Assembly: GCA_020632035.1 (NCBI GenBank)
Contig: JACKGG010000004.1
Coordinates: 3,575-67,574 of the forward strand
Direction: 5' to 3'
Source: Candidatus Nomurabacteria bacterium
GTDB lineage: Bacteria > Patescibacteriota > Minisyncoccia > Phycocordibacterales > UBA918
DNA: 64,000 bases
Every line of letters starts with the position of its first letter. Within the stretch, counting starts at the first letter, position 1. This document shows positions 53,055 through 62,100 of this stretch, one piece after another. The position numbers were made by a program, and so were the translations under genes. The notes beneath the pieces were generated by a model that worked only from the letters and a program-made list of their open reading frames with translations, was not told the DNA's origin and made no database searches.

Positions 53055-53606
53055 CTACTTGATTTCCATCAGTTCAATTACAAAAACTAAAGTTGCGTTA
53101 CCAGGGATCGGGCCAATTCCTTGTTCACCGTAAGCCATGTCTGGAGGGATAACAAGTACTCTTTCTCCACCCACCTTCATACCGATAAGACCTTCTTCCC
53201 AGCCTTCGATTACCATTCCTTTTCCTACTCTGAATTCAAATGGTGCTCCTCGCTTGTGAGAATTATCAAATTCTTCACCGTTTTGCAACGTTCCAACGTA
53301 GTGCACTACAACCAGATCATTTTCCTTAACTTCTTCTCCTGTTCCTAATTTTATATCATCAATTACCATACGATTGAATTCCCCGTCACTATTAACTGCT
53401 TGTAAGTATTGGCTTGCTCTCTCTTGTGAAGCTTCTTGTCCGTCGCTAACTATTACTACAGCAGGTTCGATTGCTTTAACCGCTGTTGCAGACTGTCCAA
53501 CCTTTCCGTTTTGGAAAAGTGTAGACTCTACTTGAACCAGATATATAGCCAGTGCCATTAAAGAAACGCTGATTCCTGCTCCAACTAATTCAAATTTATT
53601 AAACAT
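53055..53606 (-). CDS. FKBP-type peptidyl-prolyl cis-trans isomerase, membrane-anchored or secreted
   Basis: C-terminal FKBP domain GMVIEGWEEGLIGMKVGGERVLVIPPDMAYGEQG...ATLVFVIELMEI. N-terminal hydrophobic segment. Confidence 0.85.
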   Translation of the reverse strand: MFNKFELVGAGISVSLMALAIYLVQVESTLFQNGKVGQSATAVKAIEPAVVIVSDGQEASQERASQYLQAVNSDGEFNRMVIDDIKLGTGEEVKENDLVVVHYVGTLQNGEEFDNSHKRGAPFEFRVGKGMVIEGWEEGLIGMKVGGERVLVIPPDMAYGEQGIGPIPGNATLVFVIELMEIK

Positions 53607-53658
53607 AGTTATGTAATAATAGTTATTTTTTTTAAGATTGATAGTTTACAGCACAACA

Positions 53659-54084
53659 TTATAGTGAGCTAGTAAATGATATTGTTTCTGATGAATGAAA
53701 CGGTCCGACTTGAGAAAAATACATGTAAACCATAGTGGCAGAAAAAGCGAGTAAAATTGACATCACCGCCACTAAAATACGCTCAAATATACTATTACTT
53801 CTAGCCTTAGCTCTTACATCCACTGTATCTTTAATTGAAACATCGATTCCTAACAATTTTGATATTTCGTTTGGTTTAAGGCTTTCGTCTGTTCGAAACA
53901 CTTTATGTAAACCGTCTACTCTTTTCTCTTTAGTATTGACGTCTTCACGTAAAACCATAATAGCCGTATCGACTTCTTCTTCTTTAAATCTGGCGCTCAA
54001 CAAAACTGTACGAATTATTTCGTCTGGTGATGTGGGACTAACCCCATTGATCCTTAAAAGCTTTTCTATGTGTTCTCGGTTCAT
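53659..54084 (-). CDS. hypothetical protein with a C-terminal TM helix
   Basis: 141 aa. Hydrophobic C-terminus ILVAVMSILLAFSATMVYMYF. Confidence 0.4.
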   Translation of the reverse strand: MNREHIEKLLRINGVSPTSPDEIIRTVLLSARFKEEEVDTAIMVLREDVNTKEKRVDGLHKVFRTDESLKPNEISKLLGIDVSIKDTVDVRAKARSNSIFERILVAVMSILLAFSATMVYMYFSQVGPFHSSETISFTSSL

Positions 54085-55151
54085 TATATATCTACACCAA
54101 TGTCTACTACTGACTCTTCCTTGACTACGTACTGATCATAAATTTCTAGTAATACTACGAAGAGAGTAATTATAACAGGTCCAATGACAAAACCGATAGG
54201 GCCCATAAGAGAAATACCACCAAGCACAGAGATCAAAATAATAAACGGATGAAGGTTGTTACCACGACTAATCAAATAAGGACCCAAGAAGTTATCCACC
54301 AGACCAACAATCAACATTGACCATACAAGCAAACCAACCGCACTAAATAGTTCGTTGGTAGCAAACAAATATACTACAGCAGGAGCCGTCACTATCGTGG
54401 TACCAATTCCTGGTATCAAGGCTCCCAATGAGGCTAAAGAACCCCATAAAATAGCTCTTTCAATACCGAAGATTGTAAATCCAATAGCAACTAGCGATCC
54501 TTGTATAATTGCCACCAGCACTGTACCCGTCGCAACTGCTCGAACTGCTCTCGCTAAGCGGTTGAGGATAATTCTGTCTTCGTCATCTGGTAAAGGGCTA
54601 ACTTTAATTACTAACTGAAGTAACTCATTCCCATCTCTAAAGAAATAAAAGCAACCAATTAGTGAAATGAAGAAAATAAATAGAGTCGAAAGTGTTCCAG
54701 CAAAAATTGCCCCTAAATTACCAGTCAACCACTCAGCGCTATTTCGTAGCTGGGTTGCGAGATCAATACTGAACCCAGGAATCAGAGACTGGATAGTTGA
54801 TTCGATGTTTGAAATTTGAGTTTGTATCCCACCCGTGCCAGCGTCTAGCTCTTGGTAAAAAGTTACAATTTCATGTACTACCAAAGATGACATCAGCACT
54901 AAAGGCATGATAATGACAGTCAGTACTACCAAAGTGGCGGCTAGGGCTGCAATGGATTTATTTCGTCTTAGGACCACTTTCCTAAGCCACAAATAGAGGG
55001 GGTGACAAATGGTCACTATTATTACTGAAAGAGCTAGTGCGGTAAGAAAAGGAGACATAATTAGCCAAACCATATAACCGGCCAAAAGCAGTAGGCCAAA
55101 AAAGAAAACGTACTCTATAATTCTTCCTAATTTCATGTACTTAGTATACAT
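54084..55151 (-). CDS. AI-2E family transporter (UPF0118/PerM-like) membrane protein
   Basis: 355 aa with about eight TM helices and Gly-rich helices characteristic of UPF0118 proteins. Confidence 0.65.
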   Translation of the reverse strand: MYTKYMKLGRIIEYVFFFGLLLLAGYMVWLIMSPFLTALALSVIIVTICHPLYLWLRKVVLRRNKSIAALAATLVVLTVIIMPLVLMSSLVVHEIVTFYQELDAGTGGIQTQISNIESTIQSLIPGFSIDLATQLRNSAEWLTGNLGAIFAGTLSTLFIFFISLIGCFYFFRDGNELLQLVIKVSPLPDDEDRIILNRLARAVRAVATGTVLVAIIQGSLVAIGFTIFGIERAILWGSLASLGALIPGIGTTIVTAPAVVYLFATNELFSAVGLLVWSMLIVGLVDNFLGPYLISRGNNLHPFIILISVLGGISLMGPIGFVIGPVIITLFVVLLEIYDQYVVKEESVVDIGVDI

Positions 55152-55167
55152 TACTAATTACCACATT

Positions 55168-55195
55168 CAAAAAGGGGACACAGTGTCCCCTTTTA
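55168..55195. terminator. bidirectional intrinsic terminator (A-run, GGGGACAC-A-GTGTCCCC, T-run)
   Basis: caaaaaggggacacagtgtccccttttat. The most probable 3' end of the 55475..64000 minus-strand operon. Confidence 0.5.
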
Positions 55196-55474
55196 TCAAA
55201 GCTCATTCTTTAGTTGTATTTGTGACACAACGGCCGCTGTTTCAATGAACCTGAATGATTCTCGAGCTGCGTCGTCTAGTGCTACAAATGCACTTGAAAA
55301 AAACTTTGATAGTCCCCATATAATTATGAGGATGCCAATGGCTTTGCGCATAACTATTATATTACAACTGAAACTTCTCTTCGAGAGAAGTCCAAATAAA
55401 ATGGATCAGTCGCAGAGCCAGGTTGAACTAACTGTTTTTATTATACTTTACTTTTTCAGGAAGTAAAGGGTAGG

Positions 55475-56038
55475 TTATATGGCGAGTGCTTGATTGACTA
55501 ACTTTCTTAACTTAGAAGCAGAGATGCTCCCACGTTCATGATGAAATACGTTTCCCTCTCTATCATAAATGACAGTTTCAGGCATGTTGTAGCCTTCGAT
55601 TCTTTTATAAAACCTATCATCGTGATCAAGTATAAAAGTTATTTCTTTGCTAATTTTATAAGTTTCGATGAATGAGATTGCTGTGTTTGCTGGTTCTGAT
55701 CTGTTAATAGCCAGAAATTTTACTTCATTATCTCTAAACTCTGCCGACATTTTTGCAATAGTGGCAAGCTCAGTCACTGAAGCGGGGCTCCAACTAGCCC
55801 AAGAGTTTACCACTATTACCTGACCAATATAGTCTGAAAGAAGAATTATGTTTCCCTCCAAGTCAGTATAAGGTGTGCCACCTGCATCAACTGACAGGGC
55901 ACTTTGTGCTGGGGTTAATATAGTGTTATTAATATTGTTTTTGCTTACTACCAAGTATGTGTAAAAACCAGCTATCAATACAATAGCTAAAAGAACTAAT
56001 AGTGGTATATAGAATTCTCTTAAAAATTTTACGTTCAT
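55475..56038 (-). CDS. membrane-anchored thioredoxin-fold (TlpA/ResA/redoxin-like) protein with the CxxC active site replaced by SxxS
   Basis: N-terminal TM helix. GQVIVVNSWASWSPASVTEL corresponds to the W-C-x-x-C redoxin motif but with both cysteines replaced by serine. Confidence 0.5.
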   Translation of the reverse strand: MNVKFLREFYIPLLVLLAIVLIAGFYTYLVVSKNNINNTILTPAQSALSVDAGGTPYTDLEGNIILLSDYIGQVIVVNSWASWSPASVTELATIAKMSAEFRDNEVKFLAINRSEPANTAISFIETYKISKEITFILDHDDRFYKRIEGYNMPETVIYDREGNVFHHERGSISASKLRKLVNQALAI

Positions 56039-56556
56039 CCCTTAATAAAAATTTCAAAATCTTCTGGCACCTCACCCTCACCCGCCGGAATTAAATTTAG
56101 TTGCACTGGGCGACCCATAAAGGTTGCGAAAAAAGTGGCCTTTTCTGATGCTTTAGCTTCTGCCTTAAATCTTTGCGCCGTTGGTATTTGTGGACACTCA
56201 TCTGAATTGTTGATAACTGAAAAAGATAGCTCGATTTGTTCTGGAAAAGATTCACGAACTAGTGGCTCTACTTCTAAAAGGTCACAAGGAGTTTTAAAGC
56301 TTATTTCCCCCACCAGGGTGTGCTCACCACCAATAAAGTAATGTTTTGCATCAATACGAGTAATATCGGCGTAGGGGTCTTCTGCTACAACTTCAAGTGA
56401 TTCATTTTGTGTTTCCTCTTGTAGTTCATTATTCTTCATTTGCGCAAAAATGAACATGCCGAGGATAAGAAGTGCAAATAAAACTATTACTAAGATGATA
56501 GATTTCTGACTCATATAATGTTTGTTACGAGTAAACTTAATTTCATTGTACAACAT
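56035..56556 (-). CDS. membrane-anchored hypothetical protein
   Basis: 173 aa. N-terminal TM helix (IILVIVLFALLILGMFIF). Gene ends overlap with both neighbours. Confidence 0.4.
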   Translation of the reverse strand: MLYNEIKFTRNKHYMSQKSIILVIVLFALLILGMFIFAQMKNNELQEETQNESLEVVAEDPYADITRIDAKHYFIGGEHTLVGEISFKTPCDLLEVEPLVRESFPEQIELSFSVINNSDECPQIPTAQRFKAEAKASEKATFFATFMGRPVQLNLIPAGEGEVPEDFEIFIKG

Positions 56557-58210
56557 TTTTCAAATCTTGGCCCACATAGATTGTAATTGGTGTCTCAATA
56601 TTGTCTTGGCCATCAAATGAAGACAGAAGCGCACCTTGCATTTTTTCACTGAGTTGTAGAGCAAAATCTACTAAATCTGAACGGTACACAATTACAGTGT
56701 TCTTTTCAGAACTATTAAATTCATTCTCAATGCCAACTACATCGTAACTAGCTGACTCTAGAAATACCCGTAAATTCGCTCCTAAACCAGAAACTCCACT
56801 TCGGTTAACAATGGCTATCTTAGGCAATGAATTGTCAATATTAGTACTAAGATCTTCCCCTTTTTCTTCAATAATTTCTTGATACTTTAGCTCCTCAGAG
56901 GATATGTTAACAGCGTCACCTAGACCCTCCATTTTAATGTTGAAGGCTCGATCAGATACAGTTGCTGAGCGAACGTACAAGGTAAGAATTAGTATAAATA
57001 TCAAAGCCAAAAGGAGAAAACTAAAAAATACACGATACGAGCTTAAAAAGTTAAGTAGTACAGAAACTTTATTTCCGATTCCTTCATTACTACCCCACCT
57101 TTCTCTTAGGTCCAACATACCTTCTTCTAGTGGAGCAACAACGGAAACTCTACGCAAGGATTTAACTGGTAATCCTCCTTTTGAATTGCTAATAGTTGGA
57201 GATAAACCAGCAACCATAAACATACGTCTAATATAAATTTTAATACCCAGTGTAAACAAGTATATTAGTAAAGATATTACAAAAAACACAGTTAGTAAAA
57301 TTTTCCAAGGGATTACCCAAAAAGAAATTTCACTTGATGCTGATTTTCTACCGTCTTGACCATAAGCGAGTGTGGCAACTGCTGTGTAACGACCGATATC
57401 TGACAAAGACCACTCCCCTGTCCATGTGAAGGAATAGTTTCTTACGCTTTGCGGTAATACATTTCCATACAAAGACGTTCTATTAATGGGTATGCTGCCA
57501 CGATCCTGACCCCACATGTTTTTTATTACTATTTCACCCTGAGGTAAAACATGGACGTTTCCAGAATTTTCAAACCTAAGTTCAAACGTTGCTTGTGGTT
57601 GTTCTAGGACGCTTTTTGTTGTTCTAAAAGATCTTATATTGCCAGATTCAGTTATATCACCTGTTACTCTTAAAAACATCAAAGTAGTGACGATTTGTGA
57701 AGTTACAACTTTATTTTGAACACTCTTTTCCGGTGGCTTTGTACCTATTAGTAACGCAGCGAAGTGACCTCCTGGAGGTGCATTTTCAGGCACCAGCACA
57801 GAAAAGGGTATTTCAAGTGTTTCTTCAGGTGGTATAGTGATTTCGTCTTTTGTTATATCAATCCATTCGGCTATTGTCTGACCTTCAGCTTCTTCATCAA
57901 CAATGGGAATAAACTTACCCTGGCCACTTTCACCCTGTGGGGCAAAGTTAACTACATTTGCATAGACTTTTATTTCATACGGGTTTGGATTTATGACCCT
58001 CACAAAACTTGTCCACTCTTGGCTAGGGTTTGCCGACATGTCAAAAATAGTTGGTGACACGCTCAATGACAAAGCACCTTGTGCATAACTTTGTAATGGC
58101 AAAAATAAACCAAACAAAATAAAACTGATTGTCAATAAAATTCTATTTTTTTGTATTTTTAAGGTCAATATCATGATCTTGTGGTTTAGGGTCGTGACCT
58201 TCTTTGACAT
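56543..58210 (-). CDS. cell-surface protein of DUF916/DUF3324-like architecture (signal peptide, Ig-like domains, TM helix) with a C-terminal LytR_C-like domain
   Basis: Signal peptide ending PLQSYAQG. Then SLSVSPTIFDM...YEIKVYANVVNF. A TM helix ILLTVFFVISLLIYLFTLGI. The C-terminal KIAIVNRSGVSGLGANLRVFLESASYDVVGIENEFNSSEKNTVIVYRSDL resembles the LytR_C (LytR/CpsA/Psr C-terminal) fold. Confidence 0.45.
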   Translation of the reverse strand: MSKKVTTLNHKIMILTLKIQKNRILLTISFILFGLFLPLQSYAQGALSLSVSPTIFDMSANPSQEWTSFVRVINPNPYEIKVYANVVNFAPQGESGQGKFIPIVDEEAEGQTIAEWIDITKDEITIPPEETLEIPFSVLVPENAPPGGHFAALLIGTKPPEKSVQNKVVTSQIVTTLMFLRVTGDITESGNIRSFRTTKSVLEQPQATFELRFENSGNVHVLPQGEIVIKNMWGQDRGSIPINRTSLYGNVLPQSVRNYSFTWTGEWSLSDIGRYTAVATLAYGQDGRKSASSEISFWVIPWKILLTVFFVISLLIYLFTLGIKIYIRRMFMVAGLSPTISNSKGGLPVKSLRRVSVVAPLEEGMLDLRERWGSNEGIGNKVSVLLNFLSSYRVFFSFLLLALIFILILTLYVRSATVSDRAFNIKMEGLGDAVNISSEELKYQEIIEEKGEDLSTNIDNSLPKIAIVNRSGVSGLGANLRVFLESASYDVVGIENEFNSSEKNTVIVYRSDLVDFALQLSEKMQGALLSSFDGQDNIETPITIYVGQDLKNVVQ

Positions 58211-59168
58211 ACATGGTCACCAGGTCGCTCTCTTCATCACTATAAGGCGCATTATGAAAAGCTTTTTTAAATAGTAAAACTATAAAAATAGTACTAATTA
58301 ATATAGCGAAAAATAATATTGCTAACAAATTTATAGGCATGATAAAAAACGAGGTCGAATCAAACAGTGAAGCTGTTTGATTTTTTCCATATTTTAGAGA
58401 AAGGTTTGCTTTAAATCTACCCAATGTTCCGTCGACAGGAACTATACTTTTGATTGTTACTGTCTTACCTGGAGGAATCTCTATTCCTTCAGTGTTGAAA
58501 AAAAGAGAGTCTACCTCTGCCCCTTTAGAATCGTAAAAAACAATTTCCCCCTTAGGAGCAGAAGTAGTATCACCAGTATTCTCAATTACAACACTTATCT
58601 CCTTCTTAGCTTCGTTAGTTATGAACCTATTTATGAAAAAGCCAGAGACCTTCATACTGTCACTGCTTTTATCGGCAACAGTGAGTTTGACTATAACTCC
58701 GTCTGCTTCACCAGCTAGAGCAATAGATTCTGCCTTTGGTCTATTGGGAGCCGGTACAAAACCAACAAAAACATGATATTCCCCTGGTTTTGCATATGGA
58801 TTTATTCTAAAAGTTAAAGGAACATCTGTTTTGCTGTTTGGTTCAATTTCTATCCTCCCTCGAGACACCTCAACCCAACTTGTGACTGTATTTGTGCGAT
58901 CAGTCATAATGGGCGAAACGAATTGTTTTATCACACCCTCTTTATCTACAGAGATCTCATTAACTGTCGCATAGACTACTAATTTCGTGATCGGACTATC
59001 ATTTGTCAGTTGCACAGTCTCAGTAACAGTTTCTCTTGGCTCGACAACCCGGTCAATCAAAAAAGGCCGGACGGTATACGAAGAAGCCATTACTGGTAGA
59101 GCTTGAGCTAGCAATAAAAAAATGGCTACAAGTATGGTATACACGTTCAATTTCATATTTCTAATCAT
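58143..59168 (-). CDS. cell-surface protein of DUF916/DUF3324-like architecture (signal peptide, two beta-rich domains, C-terminal TM helix and short cytoplasmic tail); paralogue of the 56543..58210 product
   Basis: Signal peptide ...LPVMASS. Then SYTVRPFLIDR...KLVVYATVNEIS. A TM helix NLLAILFFAILISTIFIVLLF. Same domain order as the downstream gene. Confidence 0.45.
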   Translation of the reverse strand: MIRNMKLNVYTILVAIFLLLAQALPVMASSYTVRPFLIDRVVEPRETVTETVQLTNDSPITKLVVYATVNEISVDKEGVIKQFVSPIMTDRTNTVTSWVEVSRGRIEIEPNSKTDVPLTFRINPYAKPGEYHVFVGFVPAPNRPKAESIALAGEADGVIVKLTVADKSSDSMKVSGFFINRFITNEAKKEISVVIENTGDTTSAPKGEIVFYDSKGAEVDSLFFNTEGIEIPPGKTVTIKSIVPVDGTLGRFKANLSLKYGKNQTASLFDSTSFFIMPINLLAILFFAILISTIFIVLLFKKAFHNAPYSDEESDLVTMYVKEGHDPKPQDHDIDLKNTKK

Positions 59169-59173
59169 AACAT

Positions 59174-62100
59174 TTAATATACTGGAACTGCTATATAGGT
59201 GATACTAGTCTCATACTGTCCAGCCGGCTGCAGACCTCGTACTTTCATTCGGTAAATAATACTCTGTGTGTCGACCGTAGCAATAGAGCTATACATGACT
59301 TCATCTAGCGAAGTATTTAAAGGAGCATAAGAATCTATAGGGGCAAACCTTCCTGAACCTCCTTCTAGGGTTGCGTCTGTTGTATGGTACCCAAAACAGC
59401 TGTCAGCTGATACTAAACAGGCAGAAGACCAGCCTAGTGGCACTGAGTTTGAACTAGTTATCGGTTCGATTTGATTACCGTAAGTGTCTGTCAATTGTTG
59501 GTCAGCATACTTAAACACTTGATACCCTTCAATTGCATTAGTATCCACTGTTATCTGTTGTGCCACTTCCACATCTGTATCTAACGGCAGTGAACCGAAG
59601 TTGATTGTGGTTGGAGTTGAGGTTGCATCTGTGGTTATTCCCGCAATTGTTGTGCCGGCATCTACACCATCGATAGTAAATATAAGTGAGGCACTTTCTC
59701 CCACCAGACTAGGATTAGTGGTACTTGCTAGTACAATTTCATCATTGGCTAAGTCGTACAAGCGGAAGAAATAAACTCGACCATAATTTCTATCAACATT
59801 TGTATATGTTAGTGAGAACTCGTATTCAGTATTATCATTGGCTGCATGAGTAAAACCATTGTAGTAGACAGAGCTCTCAGTGTGCGTTCCGCACCCTGCA
59901 CCAACCCCAGCCACACAGTTGTCAGAATCTGATAAAACAGCAGAATCTACAACCTGATTATCTAAACCGGCGGCGTCGTAGTAACACCACACAGAAGAGG
60001 CAGTGCAAGTGGAAGTAGCTACAACATCTTGAGCATCACTGTAATCAGCTTCTTCTGCAAACTGAAGTTTAAATCTAGCGTTTACTTGTGGTAGATTTTT
60101 TATTTCATCAAGTGTAACTCTGAGTTTCACTGCGTTACCTTTTAAGACGTTGGTTGGGGAAGTATTCTCTGCAGCAAAAGCTGTGGTAGGCGTTTCGTTG
60201 GTCTCGTCGTCATACCAGCGCCAACTTGTAACAACTGGGGTATATCCTTCAGTACGAATTTCAGGATAGTATAAGTATCCGTTTAAGTCTGAGTCATCTG
60301 AATTTACCATTCTAAAACAGTAAGTAGTTCGTTGTAATGCTCCATTTTGTTCAATATTCCAGTCGTACTCTATATTCTCTCCATCATATGTTGGAAAAGA
60401 ATTAGCTAAAGCTGGGCTCGTCTCTGAGTAAACACCGGCTCTATCAGAAATAGAGATCAACAAATCCCCTCCTGTTGGAGGATTGCCAGACAAGTTAGTT
60501 CCATCAGCCGCACCTGGTGCATCATATCCACGCCAAATATTTCCACTACCTGGGGCTCCGACATCATTCCAGACACTTACTGCAGAACAGGTTGTTACTT
60601 TTACTCCATATTGTAACTTGGTTTGTAATAGACCAGCAGGCAGAGTGGCATTGGAAATTTTTGCAGACATTCTGATTCTGATATTTTGGTTTTCAGCTAG
60701 TGGTTCATCCAAGGCACCGATAGATGTATTTTCGCCGAGATCTGTGAGGCCAGCCGGCCATGGATCGGTCGGTAAAATGTCATCATTATCAACATAAAAT
60801 CTGTAGTAGTTTTGACGAACAGCCAAGTCTGCTGCGGGCCATTGAACAATTTCTGTTCTGTATCTTAAAGTGTTTCCTGAATCACTACGCCAAATTTGAT
60901 ACGAGGAAGTTGAGACGATAGAGGCTCCAACAATCATTCTTGGTGTATTGTTACTAATTCTATCGATTGATGTGGTAATAAAGATAGAAGCGTTATTTTC
61001 TGCATTTATGTTTGTCGGTATATTGACAGAAAGTGTAAATGGCTCAGCTCCTCCAATTGTATTACCATTGCTTCTTTGGACGTTCATTTCACCAGTGCCA
61101 GTTTGTAAGTTTTCAATTACCCAAGCCACTGCAACATGATTTATGCCGATAGTGGTAGCATTACTGTCAAGTAAAAATGAGACTGCTCCAATACTAGAGA
61201 GCCAAACTTCATGACCAAAATCAGCTAGATTAATTCCAGAATCATAGCGCTTTTGGGCATGAATGAATGTCCGAGCCAGGCTGTTTACTGCAGTGATACT
61301 CTCTGTTTCAGTCACACCGGCTGCACTGAAACTATGTTCAGTTCTTTGCACTCTCCAGTTAAGACCAGTAAACTCAACAACAGCATAACTTACCTCTCCG
61401 GTGTTTCCGCCATTAGCACCACGCTCAAAGACAGGCTTATCGGTACTAGCAGACCAAGAAGCAGTGGATTGGTGAGCAAATGATTCTGATCTATTACCAC
61501 CAGTATGTAACTGCCCTGTTACAAACACAACAATGTCATTGTCATCACTGACATTAGAAGCAACTGAGCCTGTAGCTACATTTTGAGTGCTACCATAGCT
61601 AATCACAGATTGGTCTCTCACAATAATCTCATTGTCGCCGCCTGTAGGACCAATATATTCGACAATTTCCCAAGCGACATAAGTTTCATTAATTGAATCA
61701 GAGTCTCGAGCAATGGTGAAACTAGTTTCAATATTTCCTGGATTAGAAATATACGCAGTATAGTCATCAGCATTTTGGTTACCACCAAGTGTGGTTTTAC
61801 CTGCTCCGGTAAAGTGAGAATTTGTAATTCGAACAAAGGCACTAGTTGAGGCACTGGGCGCATCATAATCGACCCCGGCAACTAAAGTCACTCCGGTACC
61901 TGTAACAGTGGTTGTCGCTCGCTGAATCTTAAAGTCACGCAATTCTTCAATGGTTATTTCTGCATATTGTTCATACTGAAGTAATGGATTGCCATTTTGA
62001 GTAACTCTAAAACAATAAGTTGTTGCGTATGGCGTGTCATTTGTCGTTGTTATACTGTACTCTAAATCTGTATACTCAGTTTCATTTAGGCTTGTAGTGG

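Noticed and set aside
55245-55466. 73-aa plus-strand ORF between the AI-2E transporter gene and the surface operon
   Set aside because: No RBS or promoter. Low-complexity product. It lies upstream of a bidirectional terminator that more plausibly ends the minus-strand operon.
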